A stretch of 63,991 nucleotides of DNA, the filler included, from Malassezia furfur (lineage: Eukaryota), in assembly GCA_052055015.1 (NCBI GenBank). It is 4 parts of 4 records of this genome, joined end to end, with 100 filler letters (N's around TTAATTAATTAA, not from the genome) between each part and the next. Parts side by side here need not be neighbours in the genome. Positions count along the whole stretch, not along the records: positions 1 to 17,140 come from JBQJIT010000233.1; 3 more parts are not named here. One strand, given 5' to 3'. The translations under genes and the position numbers were made by a program. Every line of letters begins with the position of its first letter. The stretch's first letter is position 1. A model generated the notes under the pieces. The model was not told where the DNA came from, searched no databases, and saw nothing but the letters and a program-made list of their open reading frames with translations. Shown here in pieces: positions 1 through 12,291 of the stretch.

Positions 1-2532
1 CGCGGCAGCCGGCACCGGCACCGGCATGGGCGTCGGCGCCGCCGCGGCCGGTGCTGGTACGGGCACCGACTTGGGTACAGGCGACGGCGGCACCGTCGAA
101 ACGGGCAGCGCAACGGCGGTGGGCACCGGCACGGGCGTCGGTGCGGCCGCCGAGGCCTCGGCATGAGCAGCCGGAGCTGCGACTGGTGTCTCGACCGGGA
201 CTGGGACCGGGGCTGGCGCCGTGGTCGGCGGGGGAACCGGCGTCTCGACGGGAGCACGAGGTGGAGCCCGTGTCGGAGCCTGCGCAGGCACCGGAGCAGG
301 AGCCTGGGCAGGAGCCTGGGCAGGAGCCTGAGAAGGCATCGGAGCAGGAACCTGTGCAGGAGCCGTGGCAGGTTCCCGGGCAGGCGCCTGAGCAGGAGCC
401 ATGACCTGAGCCGGAACCGCAGGCGCCTGAACAGGTGCCTGGACAGGTGCCTGGACAGGTGCCTCAGCTGGAGCCTGAACAGGAACCGGACTAGGAGCCT
501 GGGCAGGGGCTTGGGCCGGAGCCTGAACAGGAGCCTGAACAGGAGCCCGAACAGGAGCCTGGGCAGGAGCCTCGGCAGGAGCCTGAGCAGAAGCCTGGGA
601 AGGAGTCTGGGTAGGAGCCTGAACAGGAGCCTGAACAGGAGCCTGGGGAGGAGCCCGAACAGGAGCCTGGACAGGAGCTTGAGCGGGCGCCTGAACAGGA
701 GCCTGAACAGGAGCCTGAGCAGGAGCCTGGGCGGGAGCCTGAGCGGGCGCCGGGGTGGGCGTCTCGACCGCGGCCTCGGCCGGAGCCTCAGCAGGCTCCT
801 CAACAGGCACCTCGGCGGCGCGCACGATCGGTCCCTCGGTGGACGCCGCGGCCGGCTGCGCTGCTGTCTCGGTCGGAACGGACGGCGGCGCACGCTTGGG
901 AACCAGAGGCGCAGCGGCAGGCTCTTCTGCTGCTACCTCGGCGACGCTTGGCGCCGGCGCTTCGTCACGCGCCTCGCGCTTCGTTTCGCTGTCCGGCACG
1001 GGCACAACCGGGCGGGTCGGACCCAAGATGTCACGCTCCTCGGTGCGCGGCGCATCGTCCAAATCAATCAAGGGCGAGGGCTGCGACGACGGAGCCCGCT
1101 CCGTCGCCAACTCCTGTGCCGCTTCCTCGGCGCGCGGTGCGGGGGCGTCGGCGGCACCCGCATCAGCGGTCGACAGCGTACTTTGCCGCGCCTCCGACGC
1201 TGCAGAAGCCGGAAGCGGCGCGTCCGCCTTGGTCTCTGGCCAGGGGTTGGGTGTATCGAGGTCATCGGACAACGCCCCGGCCTCACTCGCTTCCGTATCG
1301 ATGCGCATCCCCGACGCTTCGGGCCGCACAAGTGTCGCGGAGGCGGTGCCAAGTGCAGCACCGATCGCCGCACCGCTCGCCGCACCCACAGCACCCGCGG
1401 CGGCCCCGATCGTTGCCCCGCCCGCGAGACCGCCGACCGGGCCAGCCAGCTCGGCGAGTCCCGATGGTTCCGCGGCACGCTCGGCCTCGGTCGGGACGGC
1501 GGCAGCTGCCGCCGGCTCCACGTCTTCGCGCGGGGGAACTTTCGGAGGACGCGGCATCTTGCGCGGCGGCACAATCACCGACCACGGTCCCTCCATGTGT
1601 GCGGGCGGCTCAAACGCGGCGGGTGGTGCCGGGGCCGCCTCGGCGCTTTCAGAGGCACGCGGCGGCGCCCTGGGTGCATGCACCGCGTCGGCGGTTTTGG
1701 CGCCGTTGGCGGTCGCAGCGGCCGCGGCGGCCGCTGCAAACGCACCGATCCCGACGCCGCTCGGCGCTGGCGGTGCTTCGCGCGTCTCGACGACCGAGAC
1801 GTCGGCATGGCTGGTGTCGTCCTGCGCAGGAGGCGAGCGCGGCATCCTGGGCGGACTCGGCGCCCGCAGGTCCCACTCGCCGGGCAGCGACGTCTCGGCA
1901 AACCACGTGTCGGGTCCGTCCTGGACGTCGTTCGCAAAGAAGCTCGTGTTTGGCGACTTGCGCAGGATCTGCTCCTCGGGTGTCTGCGGCAGAGACGCCG
2001 AGGACGATGGATGCCATGCGCGGGAACTCGATGCCAGCACGTTTGGCGCCGATGCACTCGACGGCAGCTGCGACTGCGCCGAGGCCGGCGGTGTGCCGCG
2101 CGACGTGCGTTGCAGGGCCGCGAGCGAGAAGGTAGGGCGCGGCGGCGTATGCGGCGACTGCACAGGCGTGATTACGGTATCGGGGTGCATCCGCAGCGTC
2201 TGCCGCCGCACCTTCCCTCGCGGCGACCAGGCGCTCGACGAGCTGGGCGAGCGGTACGGCGACTCCTGCTCAGGCGACACGACGTGCTCGATGCTGCGCG
2301 ACAGCACGCGGATTTGCGTCTTGCGCTGTGGTGGCGAGCGCACCGGACGACTAAGCTGCGACTCGAGCGAGGAGCACGACGTTTCTTCCTCTTCATTCTC
2401 GGCGCGTGCGCCGCCAGCGGCGTTCGACGCCGAGTGCTCGACAACCGTTGCATCGGAGACGTCGGCGGCGTGCGCCGACAGGTTCGCCTCGGTTAGGCCG
2501 GCACGCACGGGCACCGGCGCCTCGGCGGGTGA

Positions 2533-2565
<33 letters not shown>

Positions 2566-3471
2566 TTCTGGAGCCGCCTGAGTCGCCGGAGTTGCTGCAG
2601 CCGCCGCAGTCTCCGGCGCATCCGTCGGTGCCGAGGTCGGCGCGAGCGTGGCCGCCGACTTGGACCGCCGCGACCGCCGCCGGGCCGGGACGTATGCATC
2701 GAGCGACGGCACGGTCGGCTCGTAGGAGTCAAATGCGTCAAACGCCGCCGCCCAGTTGTCGCTGTTCCGCTTCGAGAGCCGGACGTTGTGCTCGCTCTGG
2801 GAGCGCGGCATATCGGGCACGTCAGGCACCTCGGGCACCTCTGGCGGCGCACTGCGCTGTGCCGTAGGCAGAATGGTGATTGTCGACGTCGTGCGTCGTA
2901 TCTTGGGGTGGCGTGCGGCGGCCTGCGCCGCGCCGCGCGCCGGGCCGTGGGATTCCGCGGTGGTGTGCAACGACACGGACGAGCCGGCTTTGCGTGGACT
3001 GCGTGTCTTGGGCAGCTGTGCGGGTGCGCCGCCGCCCGCAGAGGCCGCGGCGTACGCCAAGGCCTGCGCCTGCGGTGCGATGGGCGGCACGGGCGGCACA
3101 TGGCTGCTCATGTCGGGTGCAGCGGGCGACGCGCTGCGTGTACGGGGGACGCCACGCCGCGCACTCGTCGGCAAACGCGCCTTTCCAGGCTTGGCTTGGC
3201 GCACGCGCGCAACGGCGTCGAGCGGCAATGGCGGTTTGGTGCGCGCCGAGCGCGGCGACAGGTTGTCCTGCGGGGGTGGCGATCCCGTCATGGATCGCTT
3301 CGGCGCCGCCGTCTTGGGGCGCGTGCGCGGCGGGCTGCGCACCGGCGGCGGCGAGTGCCGATCGTACGACATGGTCATTGCGACGCTGCTCGTTTCCTCC
3401 ATGTCCCACGACGCAGCGCGCGCTACGCCGAGCGAATGCGCATGGCTCGACGATGCGGGTGTGCGCCACAT
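1..3471 (-). CDS. Large Pro/Ala/Ser-rich, probably disordered protein with QAP[AV] repeats; 3' end runs off the window
   Basis: The minus-strand frame opens at ATG 3471 ([10 protein letters not shown]...) and I saw no stop down to position 1. It is absent from the ORF track, probably because it has no stop in the window. The + strand [11 protein letters not shown] (163-2496) is its codon-aligned antisense. Confidence 0.75.
280..790 (-). repeat. Degenerate 12-bp coding minisatellite (caggagcctgaa / caggagcctggg on +) encoding QAPV/QAPA
   Basis: Dozens of tandem caggagcctgRR-type units are directly visible. Confidence 0.9.
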
Positions 3472-3842
3472 GGCACTCTCGTAGCTCAGTAGCATGTCTG
3501 CCTCGCGGTCGCGCTCACGTTCGAGGTCGCGGTCAACTCGCGCCGGCGTCGGTGCACGTTCCCACGTTGGTATTTGTCCATAGGTGTGCACGGGCGACGT
3601 GGCGCTCCGTGTGCCCGACACATATGACGCGTAGGACGTATGGGATGTGGTGCTACCAGGCATCGGCGTGCCGGCATCGGCGCGCAGGCGATCCATCTGC
3701 CGCGCAAATCCTGCACGATGTCGTGGCCCTGGGGAAATCAACAGCGGCCGCGACGCCGCGCTCGTGTAACTTCGACCGCCGCGCATCGCCGGGGCCCTGA
3801 TTGGCACGGTTTATCTCGGCCGAGCCCGATCTATCCACGTGG

Positions 3843-4895
3843 CTATAAGCCCAGGCCCAAGCGCGACACCTTGATCGTCGCGCCGATCGGCTCGGCAATC
3901 CCATGCGTGTGGCCCAGCCCAGTGCCGGACTGCCATCCCATAGACGCGAGTAAACGGTGTCCAATGTTTTCCTCGCCAATGCGCTTCGCATTGCCGCCCA
4001 CACGCGCGCCGTCGCGGTTGCGCGGGGCCATGTCGGGGCCGATGCGCACGTGGCCCTGGGGCGTGCGGCCTTCGCGGTCGAACTGCGCGTCGTCCATCGC
4101 GCCAAACGGCGTGCGCTGCAGCCGCCGGATGCGCGAGCGATCCACGCGCGAGCCGGTCTTGGACGTCTTGAACAGGATCGGGAAACGGTCCTTGCCCTTG
4201 CCCTTGCTCTTCGACTTGAGCGCATACGCATCGGCCATGTTGTGCACCAGCGCACGGTCGCGCTTGAGCATCGGTGGCAGCGTCAGCGTCGTCCGCCCGT
4301 CATCCGCAAGGAACTGGTCAATCATCGCGCTGATTGCGCCGAACGAGGTCGGCGCCGCAATGACGTTGTCGCCCATTACCGGCCCATCGTCGTCCACGAG
4401 GCCTTTGAGCGCCGCACGCCGTGCCTTTTTGTCGAGGCGCTTGGCATCCTTCTTGCTCATGCCGTGCGTGTTGGGGTAGGGGTTGAGCGTCGCCGTCTGC
4501 CGCGCCTCGGCACGCGCACGCTTCTTGGCCGCCTTGCTCGACCGATCCTTTTCCCACTGCAGCTGAAGCTCCTCTGCCCATAGGTCCTCCTGACTAAACT
4601 TGGGCGCGTCACGACGCCGACGGGCCGGTTGGCCAAGCGTGTCGTCGTCCGCAAAGTCGCCCTGCGTCACGCGCTCAAACGTCGTCTTGCCCTTGGCCTT
4701 TTGGGCCTTGCGCGGCGCCTTGTTGTCCCACGTCGGCAGCCCAAGCGAGAGGTTTTCTTGGCTCGAGTCAAGGCCGCTTAGCAGCAGCGCATGGATGTGC
4801 TCATCGAGCCCAATGTCGGTCGAGGAGTCGTCGACTTCGACTTCATCAAATTCGTCCTCTTCGTCTTCGTTCTCTTCGTCCTCTTTGTCGTCTTT

Positions 4896-4931
<36 letters not shown>

Positions 4932-6644
4932 CTCCTCCTCCTCCTCCTCCTCCTCGTCGTCGTCGTCGTAGTCGTCGTCGTCGTCGTCATCCTCTTCATC
5001 ACTCGAGAGCCACGTGTCGTCTTCGCGGTGCTGGGCATCGATCGCAATGTCTTCCAACGTCGTCTCCTCCTGATAAGGGTCAGAGATGCCCGTCGGAACC
5101 TGCCCAAACCCGGCCATGGACGTTTCGTCTTCCTCCTCCTCCTCCTCGTCATCATCGTCGTTGCGCATCGCATTCTCCATCCAATCGGCCAAAATCGCAT
5201 CCTGCTGGCTCAACGGCTTGCGGTCCGTCGTCATGAGCTGCTCCGATAGCTGGAATGACAGGAACGAGTTGTCATTCGATACCGGCGGACCATCACTGCC
5301 CCACTCAATATCCGAATCTTCGCGGGCGAACGGCTTCACCTTGGCGGCACGACGCGACTTGTTCTTTACCCGACGCGACGCATTGGTGGTCGCCGCGTAC
5401 TTGGACGATACGTCCGATTCGCGACGCGCGCGGCGCTTGCCATCTTTTCCAGGGACATCACGATGCGCGTCGGTCAACGCAGGCACACTGGGTACGTCCG
5501 CCTGCGTGCTTTGCGCCCCGTCGGCCATTACCACCTCCACCGACGGCTCAGCGGACATAGCGCGCGGCAACGCGCCATCTTCCTGCGCCTCAGGGACAAG
5601 GGTATCCGTAGAATGTGCCATAGCGCCCTCCGACGAGGACTCCGGCGCAGTTGTCTCCGCAGGCGGCGCCGCCTCCGGCGCAACTGCCTCCAGATCCCCC
5701 GCCGCCTTGTCCGGCTGTGCGGGCGGTGCATTGGCAGGCGTCTCCGCAGATGCATCCCATACAGCGAGCGGTGCCGGCGTTCCAAAGACGCCGCCCGGCG
5801 CAAATGGCGTGCTGGCAGGCTTTTCCAGCTCGCCCGAGAGCGCCAAGGCTTCGGCGGCCATGCGGTCTACCTCGGCCATTTCGTCGTCATCGAGGTCGAG
5901 TGCAGCCGCCTCTTCCTGCTTCTCTTCCCACTCTTCAGCCTGGCGCTGGTCGGCACCCGACGATGGGACAAACAAGATAGGCCGGCGCAGCGGATTGACG
6001 TGTCGCATCGCCCGATCAAAGTCGTAGCGCCTCTGCACAGTAACAATATTCAGCTCGTTCAGCACAAGACCCTCCAGCTTGCGCCTGTGGTCAATGTGCT
6101 TGCTGGTATAGCGCTTGTGCGGCTCGATAGGCACATCCTCATCGCTCTCCTCGTCCTCGTCCTCATCCTCGTCCTCCGTATCAATTTCATCCGAATCGTC
6201 GCTCTCTTGTGCCGGCACACGGGGCGCGTACTGCATGCGTTCCTCCTCGCGCACCTCAGGCACCTCTGCACGCGCAGGTGGTACGCTCGGGTCCGTCGGA
6301 TCGGTCGCGGATGGTAACTTGCTGGTCTTGCGCAGCTTGGAATAATCAAAAGGAACGTGCGTTTGGTTCGTCACGGCCAGTGTCGAGCCGCGCCCGCGTC
6401 CGCGGCCGCCGCGGCCACCACGGCCGCCGCGCGCCGCATTCCCACGCGGCGCCGTATCGGCACCGAGCCCAGCACGTCCGATGTGTTTCGTCGAGGGAAA
6501 CGGCAGATCCGCCACTGGCGCTGTACCTCCCCTTCCGCCCCCACGTCCACGGCCACGACCGCGTCCGCGCGACTGTCCCCGTGGGGCACCGCGACCGTGG
6601 CCGCGTCCACGTCGACGGGATCCTCCACGACCGTTCTTCCCCAT
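3843..6644 (-). CDS. SQS1: Sqs1/Pfa1-like R3H + G-patch protein (Prp43 cofactor)
   Basis: RGG-rich N-terminus (MGKNGRGG), acidic tracts, R3H domain (LPPMLKRDRALVHNMADAYALKSKSKGKG) and C-terminal G-patch (NIGHRLLASMGWQSGTGLG...RLGLG). Confidence 0.85.
4885..4990 (-). repeat. Coding trinucleotide microsatellite (TCG)n/(TCC)n encoding poly-Asp/poly-Glu in SQS1
   Basis: Long tcg and tcc runs are visible. Confidence 0.9.
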
Positions 6645-6747
6645 TCGCTCCGTGGCGATGGTAGTGCTACTAGGGCCTTGGCCACCCGCACGGACTCCAC
6701 ATGGCACCGCCGCTGACAAATCCAACCACCAAGTGGACGTGCCCTGC

Positions 6748-8443
6748 ATGGCCACGACGGAGGCGGAGGCGCTCGCGCAGCTCACGAGCTTGGACGACGA
6801 TCTCGACTCGGAGGATCTGGACAGACTCGAAGATGAGGCAGAAGAGGAGATGATGCAAGAAATTGCGCGGGAGGATGCGGCCGAAGAGCCTGCCGGCTCG
6901 CCTTCCCCGGCCGCGTCGGATGACGCAAGCGAGCCCGAATTTGGGCCCCTGTCGCGTGAGGAGATCGCGACGGTGCTCGACGATCTTCGGGAGCATGGGA
7001 TGCTCGAGTGCTTACGGCGGCACGTTGTATATACGCCCAGCAAGGTGCGTAGAACTGCTAACTGGTAGATCGTGCCCCTCTTGCTGTCGTTTGGCGTGAT
7101 GCTGGTGCGTCTTGTCGCTAACGCAGCCGCGCTCCATGCTTGCACAAGCAGATGAAAACCCATACGCAGCCCTGCCGCTGCTCAAAATGGTCCTCACGCG
7201 CATGTACGTGCGTTCCTCACGCAGTCTCCGACAGCGGCGCAAGCTCGAAGAATACAACACGCTCGAAGATGTCCTCGAGCTGCTGCAAAAGTCGAAGCGG
7301 ATCATTGTGTTGTGTGGTGCAGGCATATCTGTGTCGTGCGGCATCCCGGATTTTCGGTCCAAAGATGGCATCTACTCGATCCTTGCCAATGAGAACCAGT
7401 ACCAACTTGACGATCCCTCGGATATGTAAGTGGACTGTACTGACCCAGGTTTGACAAGGAAGTGTTTCTGCGTGACCCCTCCATGTTCTTCTCGTTTGCG
7501 TATGTTGCAGCATACACTAACCACCAGGCACTCGATTTACCCATCGCACTACCGCCCCTCACCTTCGCACGAGTTTGTGCGTGAGCTCGAGAAGCGTGGC
7601 AAGCTACTGCGCATGTACTCGCAAAATATCGACACGCTCGAACAGAAGGCGGGAATCCAGAACGTACTGCAGTGCCATGGCTCGTTTGCCTCCGCGACGT
7701 GTACGGATCCATCGTGCGGCTACAAGGTAGACGGCAGTGCGATCCGCGACGATATTCTTGCGCGGCGCATCCCTCAGTGCCCGCGGTGTGCCGAACGTCG
7801 TGCGGCGCGCGATGCTGCGCGGAATGCCAAGCGGCGCAAGACCGCTTCGCAGTGGGACGAGGACGAAGCGTCCGATGAGGACGACATGGAGCTCGCATAC
7901 GGGATCCTCAAGCCGGACATTACCTTTTTTGGCGAGAAGCTCCCGGACGACTTTGACCGGTGTGTGTTTGCCGACCGTGATGAGGTGGACCTGGTGCTAG
8001 TGATGGGCACGTCCCTCAAAGTCGCGCCCGTGTCGGACCTCCTGTCGCATCTACCGCCGCGCGTGCCGGTGGTGCTGATCAATCGGACGCCCATCACCCA
8101 CATGGCAATGGACGTGATGCTACTCGGCGACTCGGACGGGATCGTCCAATACCTGCGCCGCAAGCTTGGCTGGGACGATACGCCTTCGGACGACACGCTG
8201 CCTAAGCGCGTGGACGAGAGTCATGTATACCAGTTCCCAGGCGCCGACGGCGGGTGGTATGTCGACGAGCTGCTCGGTGTGGATGCTGCATCGGACGAGG
8301 CAAGTCCCAGCACGCCTGACGTGACGCCCGGCGCCGAGATGCCCGGCGACGGCCGTGCGTCGCCGGTCCTTTCGGCCTCGATCCCGGTTGCAGAGGTCGC
8401 GTCGCCGCCCGGCACGCTGTCTCCGAGTACGGGTCTTGCGTAG
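6748..8443 (+). CDS. SIR2: NAD-dependent deacetylase, Sir2/Hst1 class; 5 introns (7045-7068, 7105-7126, 7204-7224, 7426-7448, 7500-7527)
   Basis: GAGISVSCGIPDFRS, YSQNIDTLE, CHGSF, KPDITFFGE and GTSLKVAP motifs. The frame is restored by five 21-28 nt GT-AG introns. Confidence 0.92.
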
Positions 8444-8513
8444 CATAAACAGCTGCCGGACTCACGTATATACTGTCTATGCTATGCAGCTTCGGCCATG
8501 TTGGCGTTATGTT

Positions 8514-10142
8514 CTAGTCATCCACGAGCTGGAAGGAAATGGCACAGAACACGATTTCCTCGTTGTGCTTTGCACGGAGCGAGTACCGGATCGGCATCTC
8601 CTTGAAGTACGGCGAGACATTGATGCGGACCGGGCCGATGGCCAGGTCAAATGTATTGAAGTCCATGAGGTTGGAAAAGAACGAGGCTCCGTACACCACG
8701 TTCGGGTCGTACTTGAAGTCCTTCCTGTTTTTGGTGTTGGCAAAGTACTTGCGGCGCTCGGGAACCGACACACTCTTATCCACGAAGACAAACGCATTGT
8801 CTTCGATCATGTCCGAGCTCGGGTCTGAGAAGCGCCAAGGGCCCAGCTGCTGCTCAACGGAGCGCTCCATGCCCGACAGGCTCACGTTGTTCATCGACTG
8901 TACCAGGCTCGTCTGTGCGGTCATCGATGCCGGTGAATCCGTGCGGTACGATGGGTCCGACCAGTCTGCGTCGTGCTGCAGCGTGCTCGAGGTGAACTCG
9001 GGCAGGCGCGGCGTCTCAGGCCGGTCGATGTGCTTGCGGCCGATCGTCGCACCGGACGACTTGTTGCTCGAGCCGAGCGACACCAGCATGTTCTTGTCGA
9101 TACCGTGCCACAGGCGGTGCGATTTGCTGGCAATGCGCGAGCCAACCGACGGCGTACCGGTGCGCTGGGGCGCCGTAGGCGTGATGGGCGACGGCGACGA
9201 GGTGGTCGTCGGTGGCGCCGCGACAGTGTGTGCCTGCGAGACTGCCGCATTCGGAGCGGCCACAGGCGTCATGCCTGAGATCGACACGGGGGTCGTCGCC
9301 TTCGGAGCCGCGATGGGCCTAGGTGCGGCCACGGGCGTCGGTGCCGTCAGCGACGGTGCGGGCGCGGACGCCTGTACCCCGCGCGGCACAGCCGGCATCG
9401 TCGCCGCAGCCGGCTTTGCTGTACGTTCCGAGGGAGGCATCGACTGCAGGTAGCGTGCGAGCTTAGGGTCCGTCCGGAAGCCAACAAAGCGCCAGTAGTT
9501 GTCCACGACGCGGTCGTCGTGCGACGAGTGGATCAGGTTGGAGAACCATCCGTGCTTCTTCTCCGTCGTGGGCGAGTCCGTGTGGTCAATCCGCTCGATG
9601 GGCACAACGTCTCCCTCGCTCTTGTGGGCCTCGGTGCAGGGGTTGGTGGTGTATGTCGTCTTGTCTTCGTTGTGCGTGTCGTGGTACACAATGACCGCGT
9701 CCTCGATATGGTCGGGTGCGGGCCACGCACAGAACACGTTCATACACGCCAGGTAGGGTGACATGATATACGGCCGGCCCGAAGGCGGGTGTTCTTCGTA
9801 GAAAGTACAAGGATCAATCAAACGAGCGACGTGCATGCCAGCGTTGAAGGGCGCGCGGGGGAACGGCACATACTTGTCAAAGTCAGTACCGAACAGGATG
9901 TCATCGCCCGACCATTCCTGGCGGAAGCGGCCTTCAATCTGGATGCAGAATTTTCGCGTGCGGTCGGTGAAGTATTCGCGGCCCGGCTCGCCCTGCTCCG
10001 CACCCGACGCATTGATGATGCGCACGAGCACACGCCCACAAAAGTTCGGCGAATTAATCTCGTTTGGATGCTCGTAGTCGTTCAGGTGCGCCGGCTCCAT
10101 ATGGAACCGGTCCGGGCCTACTTTCACTTCTAGCCGCGGCAT
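8514..10142 (-). CDS. DUF1769-family fungal protein with a central low-complexity insertion
   Basis: Motifs MPRLEVKVGP...FCGRVLVRI...YFTDRTRKFCIQIEGRF...ILFGTDFD and C-terminal RRKYF...FFSNLMDFNTF...PIRYSLR. Confidence 0.7.
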   Translation of the reverse strand: MPRLEVKVGPDRFHMEPAHLNDYEHPNEINSPNFCGRVLVRIINASGAEQGEPGREYFTDRTRKFCIQIEGRFRQEWSGDDILFGTDFDKYVPFPRAPFNAGMHVARLIDPCTFYEEHPPSGRPYIMSPYLACMNVFCAWPAPDHIEDAVIVYHDTHNEDKTTYTTNPCTEAHKSEGDVVPIERIDHTDSPTTEKKHGWFSNLIHSSHDDRVVDNYWRFVGFRTDPKLARYLQSMPPSERTAKPAAATMPAVPRGVQASAPAPSLTAPTPVAAPRPIAAPKATTPVSISGMTPVAAPNAAVSQAHTVAAPPTTTSSPSPITPTAPQRTGTPSVGSRIASKSHRLWHGIDKNMLVSLGSSNKSSGATIGRKHIDRPETPRLPEFTSSTLQHDADWSDPSYRTDSPASMTAQTSLVQSMNNVSLSGMERSVEQQLGPWRFSDPSSDMIEDNAFVFVDKSVSVPERRKYFANTKNRKDFKYDPNVVYGASFFSNLMDFNTFDLAIGPVRINVSPYFKEMPIRYSLRAKHNEEIVFCAISFQLVDD

Positions 10143-10316
10143 CGTAGCTTGGCGCAGCACTGGGCGTGCGTTGGAAGGTACAACCCTGGTACAGCCACGT
10201 GGCGTGTGCGTCACCGCCTGTTGGGGCGACGCAACGCGTCGGCAGCGGCGCCGTGCACCGCACGAACAGCCCAGGACACACATACAAATACACAGACTAC
10301 GTCACGCGCCTACTCA

Positions 10317-10701
10317 TCACTCGAGCGGTTCGTCCTCTTCAGGGATGGCCATGTGAGCGTACTGTTCGCCCAGCTCTTCCCACTCGGCTTCGTCTTGGTC
10401 GTCCGACTGCTGTACCACAATGGCCCACACGCTCGCCTTGAACAGCGTCAGCACAAGGCCCATCTTGCGCTCAACCACACGCAAGTCATTCAGCACGTTG
10501 GCATGCGTCGTGCTTGCGCTCAGCTGCGTGCTTAGTGCGGCAACCTGCGTCAGTGCATGCCGATCTTACTCTGCGTAGTACCTGTGCAAGCCGCGCATAC
10601 TCACCCAACAGCGCCTGCTCGTTGGATGACAAACTCCGGTTGCCCTCGTACGGGTTCACAAAGTCGGCGCCTGGCGCGCCGTCGCCCGCCGTCGCGCTCA
10701 T
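10317..10701 (-). CDS. DAD3: DASH/Dam1 complex subunit Dad3; intron 10545-10569
   Basis: NPYEGNRSLSSNEQALLGEYARLA|...LNDLRVVERKMGLVLTLFKASVWAIV, joined by a 25-nt intron. Confidence 0.85.
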
Positions 10702-10747
10702 CAACAACGCGGTGGGGGTCAAGGTGTGTGCATCTATCTCGGCCGAA

Positions 10748-12211
10748 CTACCGTTTCGCCGGGCGCGCGCCGCCTTTGCGGCTCGGCGCGCTGCCAAAGG
10801 AGCGGCTGTTGCCCTCAAAGCCAGGGCGGGCTTTGGCTGATTTCGTAGACTTGGTCGTAGACTTGCCGGGCGAGCGCTTGTTTTCCTTCCGTGCGGCGAT
10901 GTTCTCCATGCGCTTCTTTTGCTTGGCGGCTTGCGCTTCTTGCTCAGCGCGGCGCCGGTCGTTCCTGAGTTGTAAGTCAGTGCCACGTACCATGCTTTGG
11001 TGCTCTTAGCCTTGGACTTTTCACGGCGTTTGAGCGTCTGCTTTAACAGGTGCTCATTGTCGCGGATGCGCACACCTTCCGCCGCGGCGATCGCCTTGTT
11101 CCAGCGCTCAGCCTCCTCGGCGGCCTCGCGCACCTGGTCCTCGTCCTGGCCACGCTCCACCTGCTTCTGCACGCGGCTTTCCTCCTTGCGTTTCCGTGCC
11201 TCGAGCATCGCAAGGGCGGCCTTCGGGTCGTTGGGCAATGCGTACTTGTTCTTGCGCTGCGTGTCCAGTCCAAAGTCGACGTGGCTGAAGCTCATACGCG
11301 ATTCAACCTCGGGCTTCTTGGGCGCAGCACGCTCAGGGTTTGCGGCATCGTTCACCAGCAAGCCCGCCTGGCGACTTGAGCCAGACACGTCTGCCTTGGC
11401 ACGCCCGGTGTCTTTGGACGCGGACTGGTCCTTGGCCTGCCGACGCGCCTCTTTCCGCTCACGGCGACGGCGGTCGCGCATCTCACCACGCTGCCGCCTG
11501 CGCTCCTCCATGAGCTCTTGCTTGGTGCTCGGTGGCCCATCGCCCGTCGGCGCATCGCTCGGATTCCGTTTCCGGTGGAGCATCTCGATCTTGTTGTGCA
11601 GGCGCTCGCGCAACTCGGCCACAGTTGCACGGCGGTTACCCGCACTGGGTGCCATGGGCTGGCCGTTCGGTTGTGACTTGATGCTTTTGTCGTTGTCGTC
11701 ATCTGTCTCGTCGTTGTCGTCATCGTCACCGTGATGGGCACCGGCCATGGCGTTTCCGGTCGACTCCGCATCATCATCTTCCTCATCATCTTCATCCATA
11801 TCGTCATCCTCGGTACCTTCGGTATCTTCAGCATCGTCCTCTGCATCGAATTCGAGCTCGATGCCGTCTTCCAATCGCCGACGACGGTCCTGCTGGATTT
11901 CCTTTACACTCTTCACATTGTCGGGGTCGAGCTGGGTAAGAAGAAAAAAGAACGCACCTTGGCACGCTTGGCTGCCTGCGACTTGCTCTTGCGTTCCTCG
12001 GCCTCCTGTTGTTTTTGGCTCTTGGTGTGCTTGTTCTTCTGGTATTTGGTATCCATATGCTCCTCGTCCACCGGGACGTAGAACTTCGCGGGGATCAGCG
12101 ACAGTAGCCGCTCAAACGCATCATCGTGCGACAGGAGAGAACTCTGCGGTGAGAAGGCACACCTACCCTGTACACAGCACGGCGGCCTGCATCTTGGGCC
12201 GCTGCACTCAT
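10748..12211 (-). CDS. RRP14: Rrp14/SURF6 ribosome biogenesis protein; introns 12144-12166, 11932-11957, 10965-10990
   Basis: N-terminal HDDAFERLLSLIPAKFY and a SURF6 C-terminus (AEGVRIRDNEHLLKQTLKR...W|NDRR...KRMENIAAR...RPGFEG). Confidence 0.88.
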
Positions 12212-12237
12212 GGTCCCAAGGCACGTTTGCGGCGCCC

Positions 12238-12257
12238 AAAATTTCTTCCGTCACGTG
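12238..12257. promoter_or_regulatory. AAAATTT + CACGTG module in the 80-nt RRP14/RSA4 divergent promoter
   Basis: aaaatttcttccgtcacgtg; resembles an RRPE-like element next to an E-box. Confidence 0.5.
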
Positions 12258-12291
12258 GGCTCTCCACACAAAAAAAGTTGGCTTGGCTTCC

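Noticed and set aside
280..790. Regular repeat array considered as CRISPR-like
   Set aside because: Contiguous 12-bp coding units with no spacers, in a eukaryotic gene.
163..2496. 777-aa + strand ORF with RSLG/RSLN repeats
   Set aside because: Codon-aligned antisense shadow of the minus-strand QAP-repeat gene.
6645..7163. N-terminal extension of the SQS1 ORF overlapping SIR2
   Set aside because: It is antisense to SIR2 exons; the plausible start is MGKNGRGG at 6644.
7045..7527. Apparent frameshifts or pseudogenes in SIR2, UBC7, PTH4, GIM3 and HYM1
   Set aside because: Every frame break is bracketed by GT..CT[A/G/C]A[C/T]..AG-type signals, and removal restores conserved motifs, so these are tiny introns.
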